A stretch of 64,000 bases of DNA from positions 1,212,627 through 1,276,626 of the forward strand of contig MU004230.1 of the NCBI GenBank assembly GCA_010405405.1, read 5' to 3'. Source of the stretch: Microthyrium microscopicum. Lineage: Eukaryota. Below, in pieces: positions 28,015-41,270 of this stretch. The notes beneath the pieces are model-generated. The model worked only from the letters and a program-made list of their open reading frames with translations. It did not search any database and was not told the origin of the DNA. The first letter of the stretch is position 1. Each line of letters starts with the position of its first letter. The translations under genes were made by a program, and so were the position numbers.

Positions 28015-28531
28015 TGGCTTGTTATAGGGTTATTCATTCTTGTCAAGTTGTGCTGTTGTGGATTCGGTTGAGAGATTGCCTTTTGTTCTACATATGTTGG
28101 CGATGGAGTGGAGGTGTTTCCCAGGTGTGTCGGGCCTCTTTGCTTACTATGCGCATCGAATATAGACTGATTCGACACGAACCCAAGTGACGTTGTCACT
28201 AAGGCTTGAAGTGTTGTGGCCCTATGTTTATTGGTCTTGGACATGTTACCTATTACGCGCGACATATGGGGCTACTGGGCTGTTTGTAGCCACCTTATCA
28301 GTGTCGATATTGCAGTAATCCTCGATACTTATAGCCGAGCAAGAAACAAAACATGTTCATACTCATATAGCTTCTAAACAGAACAGAGCCGCCATTCCGA
28401 TATATCAAGTAGCTAAAACTCTACAGTTGAGCTATTCGTCGTAGCAATACGTAACCAAATCCTGCCAAGTCAGAGGCATCCCATGCAACTAGAGCTAATT
28501 CTTTCTCTCGCCCAGTATAAACTAGGGAAAG

Positions 28532-30854
28532 TCAGAAATCATCATGCGCTCCATCTCCAGCATCTCCGTTGCTTTGTGGATGACCAGAGATATCGTCCCC
28601 TAAGTGATCTATGCTCGAACTAGTCTCGTCACTCAAATTCGCGTAACTGTTCCAGCGCCTTTTGACGAAGCTGCACGCGATCATGATCTTTACAGCTAGC
28701 CAAATAATGGTATTGAAGACACACATGCCAAGTTCTCGAAATTCAACAACAATGCAAGCCTTCCACAATATCCACGCCCAAAGCTGGTCATGATAGCCGC
28801 CTTCATTTGTTCTTTCAATGAGCTCTTTGCGTCTCTCAGATGTAGAAAACCTGCGACTGCCTACAAATAAGATGATGCATACTGCAATTATGGCCCAGAA
28901 GCCAATAGCAGAGACGTTCTGATATGCACTGTTCCTAAACTTGAACATCTTTGATATTTCAATTCCGGCATTGAGGTTGCTTGCGCCTTTGAGGGAAGAT
29001 GGTGTACTGTCAATGACGTTTTCATGAGATCGATATGTGCCACGAGCGTAATCGAAAATCCGTATCTGCATGGCAGCAAGAGTGGCATTGAATATGCCGT
29101 CGACTTCAATTTTCCATTGCTCAGGGTGTAGTCTGATACCAACGAAACGGCGTGCCCTTCGAGTGGCATCAAGCACACTAGCCTGAGGATATTGTACGAC
29201 TTTCCAGGCATAGAAATCCTCTAAAGCCACAATCAGTAAATAAAATGCTCGCCTTCTTGCTAGATCGTCCTGGAACTTTTCATCGAAAGCCCGCTGAATA
29301 TCGAAAGGGCCCCAGCAACCTTTGCCTGTCGAATCTGGGCATATTTCGTGCGAGTCAACACATCCAAGAACTCCAGCTCTGGTGCTATTGTTGTACCAAA
29401 AAAGACTTCTTTTGTCTGGTTGGAATCGATATGGTATTGACTTGTGCGCTGGAAAGATGGGATCATGACTTTCGAGAACATGGAAGTATTCTCCCGCGGT
29501 TGAAATAAAGAACAGTGTTACAACCTTGTTGCCAGCCGTCACTTCTCGTAAAGGGTAAAAATTGCTTCTCGCCGGAGCTCCAGGGACGTAAACAACAGGC
29601 CTGTCCTCTTGTTAGCAGTGATTGACAATGTATCAGAAGTAATAAAAGCTTACCAGAGAGTATAAGGAGTGATATCATCAAAGTCAGGCTTCCATTCCAT
29701 CGGATTACGATACGTATTGGGGTCAGTAAAGTCCCCTATAAGCTGAGGACCATAATCGTAAAGGTACTGATTTGGAAATACTGGTGGACCTCCCGGAGTG
29801 ATGTAGGGACTATCCATGCGCAAAGGAGAACAATCCATGGTTTTTCGAAAATGAAATATTTTGGAGGCTGGGGCGTTGATACCAAGAATATTGGAATCCA
29901 GAAGTCCAGTGGTGCGTCGATAAGCCCCGAACTTGCCATAAAGACAGATATCTCCATCGAACGGACATGATATGTTTACTTCTGATGTTGAGGGGATTAG
30001 AGTGCGATAAAAGGTTTCGCAGCTAAGATCTGACTGATCGCCATTATAGCAGGCGTCTTTATAAGCCCATACTCTTCTTTGACGATCCTCATCGATCACA
30101 AAACGGTCTCCAAGCAGAAAATCGGGACTGTCAGGATTGGACTTCCAGGCGCCCGCCTTTTGTGAAGATGTACATACAACTGAATCATCAGCAATGTCTG
30201 AATACCTTACTGTAGCATATATGCCACCGACAAACAGGACCATGAAAAACAAGATTGACAACCATAAGGCGAGGGTTTCACGCTTCTTACGATACCCCGG
30301 CACGCCTGAGAGAAATGCGCGCCCTGTTGTATTCAAATCTTCGCGAAAATTTGGCCATATGTCAGACGTTGGCGGTGGTTCTTCATTAGCGAGTTCCCCG
30401 TTATGTCCATCTTCATCAGGCAATGCTATAGGGCCATGACGGCTAGGAGGTCTTCCTGCCTTCTCCCCGATCTTTTTGATGGACTTCAATGGATTCTCCT
30501 CATCTCCAGGAAGCGAAAGATACATCGCCAATGTCTTCCGGACTCCAGGCTCCCGGTCCTCCTCGCCGTCGGGTGGTGTTTCACGTAGCGTGGCATGGAT
30601 TATGGCAAGGACCATTCGACGTAGCCAGATATATAGGCATGGTAGAGTAAGAGTGAGGAGTATAGCAAGCCAAGTGATCATATGTCGAGAAGTTCTTCCG
30701 GTGACAAGAATTTGCGGTCCTACAAGTACAAAGGGCGCGCTGTCAGCCTGGTTCCACAGTATGCGTTGTCCTCATACATACCACGTAGAACATTACGATC
30801 ATAATCGTAGAAAATGGACCAAAGTCCGCTCTGAATGTCGTCGTTGGTAGGCAT
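28532..30854 (-). CDS. Hypothetical multi-pass membrane protein with a large Cys-containing luminal/extracellular region (three exons)
   Basis: MPTNDDIQSGLWSIF... splices (intron ~30720-30781) into ORF 29650-30681 and (intron ~29601-29652) into ORF 28532-29542; TM segments at both ends; SCPFDGDIC, LGINAP, DCSPL, LGCVD, EQWKIEV and QIRIFDYA resemble an uncharacterised Pezizomycotina family. Confidence 0.75.
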
Positions 30855-31598
30855 GGATGTTACACACGATAGCTGATAGGCGCTGGCGTTGTTGGAAAAG
30901 ACCAATAAACATAGGGTGATACGTGAAGCAAATCAAAGAACGTTGATTCACCCAAAAATGACGCCCCGCTGCAGCATTTGCACCGAATTGCGGTGTTGCA
31001 GAGTAGGCTGAATATTGCCTTGTTTCTATTATTAGATTCAGCCTGATCGGATTTTTGCCCCCAGTCAACAGATAAAGTAACTGGAAATGCTCACGTTCAA
31101 CTTTCTACCATCGCACTGTTCTGAGAGACAGACAATAAAATTGCACCCTTCAAGTGTGCGGGTAAAAAGATTGATTCTGGTTTCGAGGCACCGAATCGAC
31201 AAAATAAATGGTTACCCTCCTATCGAGTGAATTTTTACCACCACACCTTATATAAAGCACCCTTTCTAATACCTATCGTATTGACTATTTCACCTACCTG
31301 ACTTTACAAGAGATCAAGCAGTCGATAACAGGAGTGATTTGATCCATATCATGAATTACAAAGGGGCAATACACAATAACCACAACACCATATCCATTGA
31401 ATTCTCAGCCTTGCGCTAAAATAGCTCAGCCTCGTCAGCCATGCCAACCATCGCCCTGTCACTTTGTCATACAAGGTTCCCCCTCCTTCTCATCTCGAGC
31501 AAGGCTGACCATTCTCACCATCGTGAACTCTCAACACCATATCGCATATACCAATCAAGAAAAATATAAGCAACCTCCAAACTCTCCCCACAGTCACA

Positions 31599-32253
31599 AT
31601 GACCTCTCCAATCGAGCGCCACCGAATCCCAGTCGGCAAGGTGACACACCCCCTATTCCCAACCAACCCAACTTCTCACTAACAACACCAAGGGTGTCTC
31701 TATGCGCTTCATGTTCGACACCAGCACACCACCAACCTCACCAGGCCACAACTGGGCCGAAATGCGCTACGACGGCGCCCCAGACTCCTGGGTCCCCGAA
31801 ATAGGAGCGCACTGGCACGCCCACCACGATGAACACATGGAATGTCTAGAAGGCCGCGCCAGCTTCACTCTCGGATCATATCCCAGTAGCCAAACGACAA
31901 TCCTAAGCGCTGGCGACCCACCGCTCCTAATCCCACGCTACACAACGCATAGCTTCAAATTCTTCAAAGGCGAGGCAGCCACGCTAAAAGAATCTGCGAG
32001 CCCGGCGGGCACGTATAAGCAAGAGTTTTTCGAAGATTTGTTTTATACGGGGTCGGTTGAGAAGTTGGGGTTTTTGCAGGTGGTGAGGGTTTTTCATGAT
32101 GGGGATGCGTTTATTGCGCTGCCGGGTGGGATTGGGGTGCTGGATCGGGCGTTTACGTATGTTGTGGGGTGGTTGGCAAGTTGGCTGGTGCAGGGGAAGA
32201 TGGTGAAGATTGATGGGGAAGGGAATTATGTAGAGGGTGCGAAGGATAAGTAG
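31599..32253 (+). CDS. Cupin-fold protein with a C-terminal hydrophobic segment (one intron ~31641-31692)
   Basis: Cupin motif 1 GAHWHAHHDEHMECLEG and motif 2 LLIPRYTTHSF; FFEDL and DGDAFIALPG; exon 1 MTSPIERHRIPVGK spliced via GTGACA...CTAAC...AAG. Confidence 0.8.
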
Positions 32254-33412
32254 ATGGGAGTCTGAGTTTGGTCGTGAGAGAGCGATTTGACGCGTTGGTG
32301 CCGTGCTTTTGTCAGAGCGGTGGCGTATGAATCACAGGTTTATGGGAAACTGAATATCAATGGAACAGTGACCTATATTCGGATGGTGATCTACGTGAGG
32401 CACCGCAGTTGGAATGATCAAAGTCTTTTACGGGTGGAGAAACATCATCGAGGCGTTCGTTACTTGGATAGCACAAAACTTAGGACGGACAGTAGTGTCC
32501 TAATAACGATGCAGTCTATAATAGTTTCAAAACTAGAAGCAATGAAAGAGGAGGGTTATATGAGGGTGTTATATTCATGTAAGACAACAAATCGCTTCTA
32601 TATACGCGCTGTTCCAGCTCGAACTCTAATATCGTAAGACTGGGCCTCAGCAAAGATTAGAAACAAAACAAAGGTCCAGGAAAGACGCTTGGGTACTTGG
32701 AAATGAGCTAAGAAAAGAAAAGGTAAATGCAAAAGCCAACAAACAGATTCTGCAGTCTGGGATCTCGTTAAATAGAGCAAAAGAGATGAAGAAAAGGGGG
32801 TATTGTAACGGTTTTGCGACAAGCAAATACAAGAATACTCAGAGAACCAACGCCTCCGGAACCCAGCTGAAGTGGAGGGTTTTGCTTTTCTAAGACTGAT
32901 TCCAATGAAAATGGTTTGCTTTAACGAGCGACAACAAGGTGTGTAATTATAGCAGGAATATTACTCCTACACTGCTCCGCAGCTGATATCAGTGTGAAGT
33001 TTTCAGAGGGTATTTGGAAGTTTGATGACAGAGTTTGTGGTGTGGGAGCCGGATTGGAATGTGTAGGTCGATCAGGAATCCATGTAGGCGAGAAATGAGC
33101 CTATTAAGCGCAGACGTTCAGAAAACTGGCAGGCCATTCCTTGACGCCGGAGAGAACACGCAAACTCGACTTCAATTTGAAACAGTCATTGATGTCGTAT
33201 ATTCCTGTCGTGAAATCATGTGGTATAGAGGAATAGAGGCACGTCCCGTGGTCGATGAAAAGAGAAGTTGGGTATATTGATGGCCAGGCAAAAGTAGCCC
33301 GGAAAATAGACAATCAAGATCGCAATGTTCAGCTAGTGACGAGGTCTAATGAACGCGGGGAGCAGTGGTGCTAGCATCCATGTTGCCTAGTAACATGTTA
33401 GATAATAGAGCT

Positions 33413-36400
33413 TTACAGATGAGGATCGTCTTTACCTGTCAATTCGGCAACTCGAGCTTTGATTCTGGCCACTCTCGATTCGATGGTCTCTTCACCACTA
33501 GTGTCACCATCATCGGAACGGGCACTGGCACTTGGATTGCGACCATGATGCTGGGCATCACTAGCATCATTCAGTCGCTGAGCACGTTCTGCAGCATTCT
33601 TGCGGATTTGTGCCCATCTATCAGAAGGTGAGCTTGTGTCAGCCCCAGTCGGTTGATCTACACTCGTCTCTGACATGTTATGGCTATGGACGGGTTTCTT
33701 GCCCAATGCCTGCGATGTTGGAGAAGAGTAGTCCGGCTCACGATGCACTTTGACAGGAATGCGATTATTAGCCGCACGTTTGATGACTGGTGGAGGTGCT
33801 GCCGCATCATCATCGCCGTCATCATAAGGTTCGTCTTCAGGGACAAATGCAGGAACGTCCTCTATAGGGCCTTGATCGAATCGTGAGAATTCTCGGTCTG
33901 CTTCCAGACGTTCTAAAGCTTCACGTCGAGCCTCATCGCGTTCCTGCTGGTCATCATGGCTATCATGTTGCATAGGTGGAGCATTGAATGTTGGCTCTTC
34001 GTGCACACTACGTGGTGGCGAGTCTGGAACTCTATCTGGTATGGGCTCTGGAGCTCGAGAAACCTCGGGAACAATGATAGGTCTGGATATAGGAGCCTTG
34101 GCTGCTGGCTTGCCTTCAAGCAGCGGATTTTGTCGTGGTTGTTTCTCCATGACTGACTTTTTACGGCCAAATAGCTTCTTAAACCCGCCGCCGGCTGGAT
34201 CCTTCTTTTGTAACTTCTTATGTTCCTTGGGAGGACTCAACTTCTTCACTTCTGGACTAGGGGCTATCAACGGCTTGCTCTTGGCAGGGGGTGGTGAGTC
34301 ATCTGGAGTCCGCAGAGCAGGGTGTTGGCCCTCTGGGGGCATTTTGTCATCCGCAAGTACATGTACTGGAGAGGCTGAAGATGGCACAGGGGCAGGGGGA
34401 GGTGTGACTGGACGAGTGGGAGTTCTCTCAATCTTGTCAGGCTCCTCTTCGGTTGGCAGTGCTGGAAGATCGCGGTTAGACAGTTCTCGCTGAACAGGTG
34501 TACGAGCACCATTTGAGGTGAGATCAATAGCACTCGTGCTGTTGCCATATCCCTTTCCTGTGCCTGCGTGCGGATCTTGCAGATATTGTTGTCTAATGTC
34601 ATCTTTCAAGTTTCCACTGTCATAATGATTGGTCCACTTAAGAGCCGCGCCAGCTTCGTTCAAAAAGTTACCCACAGTCATGGTACTGTTGGTTTTGGAT
34701 GCTGAATCAGCATCCAATCGAGATCTACGTTGCACAGAATTCTCCATATCGGCAGGTGTTTCTCCCTTTGCAAGTCTAATTGCGGCAGCTTGCAGTTTTT
34801 GATGCTTCTCCGGAGAAATTCTGCTCGATGGTGTGGCTGCTAAGTCTCGATCCAAGGATTCTTGGGACGACTTTTCCTTCTTCTTCATAGTCGTCTTTTT
34901 ACGGCTCAGTCGACCACGTCTGGTGAATGAAAATCGACTTTTCTTTTCGGCGATATAAGCGCCTTCTTCTTGACCTGGCGATGCACCTTTGACCTGTTCT
35001 TCCATAAGAAGCCAATGGGCACCGCGGATATGAGTTTCAATGAGCGCGCATCTTCCAAACACGGCCTTTCGCTCTGCTGGCTCCTCCGCCGCGAGACTCG
35101 TCATCCAGACCCACCAAAAGGTTTCGTCCAAATCAAAATGAGCGATGCTAGCCAACTCACCGGGCTCAAGATCAGCAATGCCACCCATGGGACGATGTGA
35201 TTGAGAGCTATGTGCCCGTGGCCCTCCCATCATTGGTATCTGCTTGTCCGGGGGAAGGAGTGTTGGAGATCGATCAGCCGGGAAACCTGTAGACAAGAAG
35301 TCCGCCCATGATGGAGTCGTTGGTCGTCCCAGATCGTTTGTCACACTGCCAGGCCCTGAGCGTATACCAGTACTACCAGGATTTGCCAGATCACCAGGGC
35401 TAGCCATCGAGTCGGAGAAATTGCCAAAGCCCATGTCTTCAAAACGAGACCATGATGGGTCTTGCACAGCAGTTCCGTTAGAAGGAACGGCAGACTGGTT
35501 TGTTGCTGAAATGCAATCTAGAACTCGGCGGCATTCGTCCGTAAGTGCGCGAATCGGGTCTTCATAGTCCGAGAACTCTTGTAAAGCGTGGTCATCGTCG
35601 CGATATTCAAAATTCCTCGCTCTACGTAGAAGTGCAAATGGGGTTGGTGAAACATCCTGCACAATCATGACAACTTTAGTTGTAGCTGATTGCATTAAGC
35701 TAGGTGCTTCTGGAGGGTACTCGGTTTGCGAAAGGAGAGCTTGTAAGGACCGGGGTAGCTTCGAGATTCCGCTCACAGTTGGTCCCTGATCTGGAGCTAG
35801 AGAGCGCAGATATGCGAAAAACAAATGGCTAGTCGCATCGGCAGCACTATAATATGTTAGACTTGATATTTATTTTGCGCGTGGAAAGCGTACTTAGCCC
35901 ATGATTTATAGCCTCCGTCAAAGCCTTTGCCTTGGTCAGAATGTTGAAAAGCCCACCATCCGGCATATCGTGAGAGTTTGCGGCCACCAAGGCCATTTGT
36001 CTTGCCTCGGGCAGACACTGCGGCTAAGAGGTCGAAAAAGTCGTAGATGATCTCCTTTCGTGCATCAGAGTCTGTGCTTAGAGGAATGAAGACGTCAAAG
36101 GCATTCTTGGACATTTTTGAATCTTCACCTGTTAGTCCCTTTCCATTAGCGTGTAGATTTCCAACTCACCAACTTCTGCTGACTTGAAAAGTTCATATGT
36201 TTCCCATGTTACGACTCCGCCAGGGAGACGAGCCCAACACCACTTCATTATACTACAGAGGACCTGCAAAGCCATTAGCGTGGACCAACAATGATTTGAA
36301 AATAACCTACGATTGGTTCCATGAGTCGCAATTCACGACGGGCGAATGATTCGGAGCGCTTAGAGTCTGGCTCTCGATATTCTCCTTCATCATATCTGAC

Positions 36401-36717
36401 TTTGAAATATTGACGAACAAAGTTCTTGGAGCCTATTGGATCGAGACCGGGGCGGAAAGGAAGTAGGAGAAAGGGCATGTCGAGTGCTGCTCAGAGTCAG
36501 GAAAGATACCAGTAAAGTGGATAGAGCACACACCTCGAGATTTCATCTCATGCGTACAGACACTGATCAGCTTTTGAATTTCTTCAGGCTGAACCTCTGT
36601 CCGCGACCATGCTTCCTCCCAATTGGGTTTTGGTGGTGCCACAACATTGTTGGCCTCGAGGTTTTTCTTAGATCTCGAGTTTCCGTCGCGTCGAAAGACG
36701 CGGAAGATTGAAGGCAT
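33413..36717 (-). CDS. Msb1/Mug8 (DUF1708)-type morphogenesis-related protein, multi-exon
   Basis: CTHEMKSRG.LDMPFLLLPFRP, KWCWARLPGGVVTWETY, FFDLLAAVSARGKTNGLGGRKLSRYAGWWAF, HLFFAYLRSL, DETFWWVWMTSLA, FGRCALIE, C-terminal EETIESRVARIKARVAELTG. Confidence 0.8.
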
Positions 36718-38671
36718 CGTCGACTCTTGGTAGAGAAAAAGTTGAAAGGGGTTATGGTCAACTTTTGGATGCAAGAGGTGAAACTTGAAACAGCATTCGG
36801 AGAGAGATTTGGTAGGGCGACGGACAAAGTATAGGTAAATGAGGAAGAATTAAGCGCAAAGAGGGATGACGCGCACAGCACAATTGATGGAGGACAAGAG
36901 AATTAGAGAGTGGTGAGAGAGATTCTAGAGAGAGCGTGGTATTCGGCGAGGTTGTAGGAGTATTGAGAGTTGCAGCCCGTGGACATGGCAGTAGCGATGC
37001 AGGTGGATCATGGCCTGAGATGGAACGAAGCCTAAATTCGCTGGCACTGGCTCGCACCTGCATCAATCCAGAGACGCGACCTCCCAAAGTAGCGGCGACA
37101 GCACTAGGGGCTTGGTCCATGCACCAGCCGAGCTAAAAGATTGGAAAGAACAACCCATGAACAGTTAACGTATTCGGTAACTGCACCTGCCCATAACTAG
37201 CATCGCGACTGCCGCAATTGCTGCGCTTTCTAATGATTTGGGATATGTTAGGGTGCATCAATACCTAGGTAGAGAAAGAGCCGCCTGAGCCACATAGTTA
37301 CCCCGGATATCGTGGCAATTGCATGATGTAGTTGCCCTCATTAGGGAGTCAAGGCAGTATATATACATCCACCAAACTGCTTTTCATATACATTGCTGTC
37401 GCACAACACCAACTACAAAAGTAACAATGCGCTATCTTCACCTGTCAATCTGTCAATCATTGACAACTTCTTCTCCTTTCGACAATGGCTGCGCTGGGCT
37501 GTCTCCCGCTCGTCAAAAACAGGAAATGAACAGGCTGTGAGGCGTCCAGCCCGCTGTCCCTCAATCACAAATCCACGCTGCTGCCCCTGATTTGTCCCTG
37601 CATTGACAACTCACTCTTTGCTGGCCTATCACCACTCTTTGTTCCATTTCCACCTAATTTTACTTGACCAAGTCTTTGCATTATCATTGATCATTCGCGA
37701 CAACCCAACTACACTCTACGCCTCACCAGACAGGAAGAGTTTTCTTGTGAGACCTGCAAGACAAGCTGTCATATGCACTCCAGCCATGCGCGTTGTTTGT
37801 ATTTGGTACCTGAGGTCCTCTTCAATAGGCCAATGCGGGCACTAGACTATTCGGTACCAGTTCCACGCTATTCGAAGCTATCAAACAAAACCCGCGGTTA
37901 AATTCTCCAGCCTCTAAGAAAAAAGCCAAGATTTTTTCTTGCACGGAGTGACGGAGTGCGCCATACCCGCGAAGGTGTAACAGCCAATACTTTGAAATCG
38001 CCGAATCGGACCGTTAAAGACTTCAAAGGCGTCGCCAATTCTAGATGCTTTCAACTACTTGTACTTTTGGATCTTGGTAAAATGCAATTGATAATCTCCT
38101 ACTAAAATCCTGGTGGTTCAAAACCTACATATTTAATTATTCATGATGCAGACGGTAGGACGATAAACCAGATATCCAGCACACATACTATCATTTGCGA
38201 CTGCCAAAGTCAATATCTACTAGTAGTTGCAAATTCTTGGAGCCTGCTCGGATCAACGGATAAGGCTCCGATCGTTCACTCCAACGTTACTCTATCTGGC
38301 GAAAATGAACCTTGGCCAAAATACAAACCTGGTTCAATCATTTCAATCATTGATCTTCGCCAGGGTTACCTACACATACCTTGACATCCCAGTATCGCGG
38401 ATCTCGAAGTGGGTGGAAGACTTGAGATGAAGAACTGGACCATGAGGTCTTTTTCTCCTTCTATTCTCCATTGCAACATGAGTCGACTTTTTCGCACTTC
38501 AATCTCCTCACTACCTGGGATTCAATGGACTTGAAAGATATATGATCAATCAGCGAGTGTAAGATTAGATATGTAAGTGCTGCAGCATCAGAACAGTTCC
38601 ATCGTCTGGACTGGAACCACAACCAAGTTACCTGGAAAGACGACCACGAACAAATTTTCTGCGCTTGCAAC

Positions 38672-40394
38672 CTATATAATGTATCTAAAGCCTGGTGCTC
38701 TCCTCTCCTGAAAATGGTCCTCCACAACTTCCGGATGCCCAGCGGCCGCAGCCTCCTCTTCAGACAGCGCGAGCTTTGTATTCTCCCGAATGTGGACCCA
38801 TCGCAAAATAGCAGCCATAGTCGCGGTAAGCAGACAGACTATTGTGTTTGCAGTGCCTCCAGGAATGAACCGCGGACTATCTGTTGACGGGTACATATAC
38901 GGACCATAAATACTTGCAGCGGTGCCCAGCATGTTGGCGATGGCGATGCATGCCGCTCGCTTGACAAGAGGACGAGGGAATGAGCTCACGGTCCATGATA
39001 CCAGGATGGTGTCTAAATATTGTTAGATTCATGACGAGAGTCAAGTTGGGAGGGCTGATGGTGTTGAACTCACAAGCAGATACGGAGCCTATTGGCATCA
39101 AGAACATGGCGAAGAATCGTGCCCCAGTATGAGTGGTTCCCGTGGCAATGGCGTTGCCGACGGCAGAGATGAGCATTAGGACGATGATGTGGATCGATCG
39201 ATCTTCAAATTTCGCTGATGTCCATGTCACGAGCAAAGACACCAAGAGAGTAGCGAACTTGAAGTTGTCAGCAATTGCGCAAAACCATCAATCGCTTGAC
39301 TCACCCATGGTGGGACTGTCAGCAGCAGTGTAGTAATCGGACCATATCCGAGTGTGTTCACAATCGCTGGAAAGAAGTACTGAAATGTCAGACTGAGAAG
39401 ACTGAAATGCTGGCAAAGCACAAAGAGTGGAAGCCGATAATCCTTGAGCGCGAGCTTTAAACCAATCCAGACAGATTCTGCGTGCCTGGTGTCATCCTCT
39501 TTGATGTCTTCTTTTAGTCTCCATGCTGCAAAGGCCTTTTCTTCTTCGTTCAGCCAGCGAGTCGTATGAGGATAGTCTGGTAGCACTACAGCAGCAGTTA
39601 TAGCAACGACAATGGTTATGGCTCCGTCCTGTCACTTGTTAGCACCGCGGAAGAAAGCTTTGCAATGGCAAGCTCACGATGATGAAAAGCCACCGCCAGC
39701 CTGCAATACCTCTGTGACCGTTCAGATTCCCAAGAATACCAGCGCTGATCAATCCCCCAAACATCTGCGCGAGCGCGTTGCCCGCGTACAGATATGAAAT
39801 TCGACGAGTCAGCTCCGGGCGTGTATACCAGGAACTCATGAGGAAGACAGCGCCAGGGAAGAACGGCGCCTCTACAAAGCCCAAGAGAAAGCGCACAACA
39901 ACGAGCGAAGGAAAGCTGTGGACAGCCGCGTTGCAAGTCGACACCACGCCCCAGAGTGTCATGACGGTCCCAAGGTACAGCGACGGACGCTTGACGCGCG
40001 TGATGAGAAGATTGGATGGCAACTGCATGAGTAGGTAGCCCACAAAGAGGACTGATGTCGCGATGTTGTAGTCGTCGCCTTTCATCTTGAGGTCTTTCTG
40101 CAAAGTTCCCTGACGTGCTTGTGAAAGATTAGAGCGGTCGAGGTAGTTGAGCAAGTACATGAGGACCAGGAACGGGAGTAGGTGAATGTCGATGCTCCTG
40201 ACAAGCTTTCGATGCATTAGATCGCGAACACCAGTGTCGAGGTTTTCGAATTTGGTGGCCCATTCAGCAGTGGTGTCGCCATCGTAGACTGGCGTCACGG
40301 TGCCTTTGTGTGTCTCAGTGATGGGCTTTCCGTTGTCTCTATCGGAGGATATGGCCTCCTCAAACTTCTCATTGGTGTCCTTGAGTGTTTCCAT
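38672..40394 (-). CDS. MFS transporter, anion:cation symporter / allantoate permease (Dal5/Tna1-like) family, multi-exon
   Basis: IDIHLLPFLVLMYLLNYLDRSNLSQAR, QLPSNLL, RFLLGFVEAPFFPG, SWYTRPEL, GWRWLFII, LPDYPHTTRWL, terminal FRYII. Confidence 0.92.
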
Positions 40395-40760
40395 CTTTGT
40401 ATGTACGTGTCGGCAGGAGGAAGTACAGTGAAGGCGGAAGACTGGAAAACTTCTCAAGGGAGTGAAGTATGCTATGTGACAAGGACAATGTTCAATCCCC
40501 GAGCTCTCTTATATGGTCATGCCACTCCCTCCCAGAAAATGGTGTTCATATCCAGCGTCGATCATCGACTCGCAGTTCACCCTTGCCGGCCAGATAGGCG
40601 TTTTTGCTATCGTGTGCTTCCCATGGGGACATTCGCTCATGTAGCTGCTGATATGATATAGATACGAAGCATTCGCACCCGCACACCTTGTTTAGTTCGA
40701 AGAGTTATTCGCTTATGCAGAAGACGAATTGAGTTATGCCAAATGCTGTCAGATTCAGAA

Positions 40761-41253
40761 CTTATCGAATTCTAGGTCGCGGAGGCCGGATAAGTCATGG
40801 ACGCTAGGCTGTCGTTCTCGCGCACCATATCCGGTGAACGGGAACATCCGCCCATTATGCCTACTTGTCAGTGGTAAGGATGAGATTTCATAACAAATAT
40901 CGCGATCATCCAAGAATAGTAGCGAAGTCTAGGTGGAAGAGCCCTGTAGTCAAGGATGTGTGGTTGACATTAGGTTGTCGCACCCGCTCACCACATCCGG
41001 TAAGGCTTCTTTTTCCATTCTATCATTCTAATTGTGGGCCTGACTTTTGATTTCTTTGACATCTCATTTGACATGACTGTTGAGATCAATTGTTTGAAAC
41101 ACTGATTCGATGACCCAATTTATCGTCATCAGGTCGTTTTACCAGTGGCACTAGGCGTGCATCCTGGCAGCATTTTGGTCCTATAAGGTGCGTTACACAG
41201 TCGCTTGCATTCTTCCAAAGATAAAGCAATTCCAAGATATATCTAACTTTATC
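40761..41253. promoter_or_regulatory. Divergent promoter between the MFS permease and the Dsd1-like gene, with repeated ATCCGG-core motifs and HGATAR sites
   Basis: CACCATATCCGGTGA (40823-40837), CACCACATCCGGTAA (40989-41003), CCGGAT (40786-40791); GATA sites at 40761, 40789, 41119, 41220 and 41248. Confidence 0.4.
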
Positions 41254-41270
41254 GATCAGAAGCAATCGCT

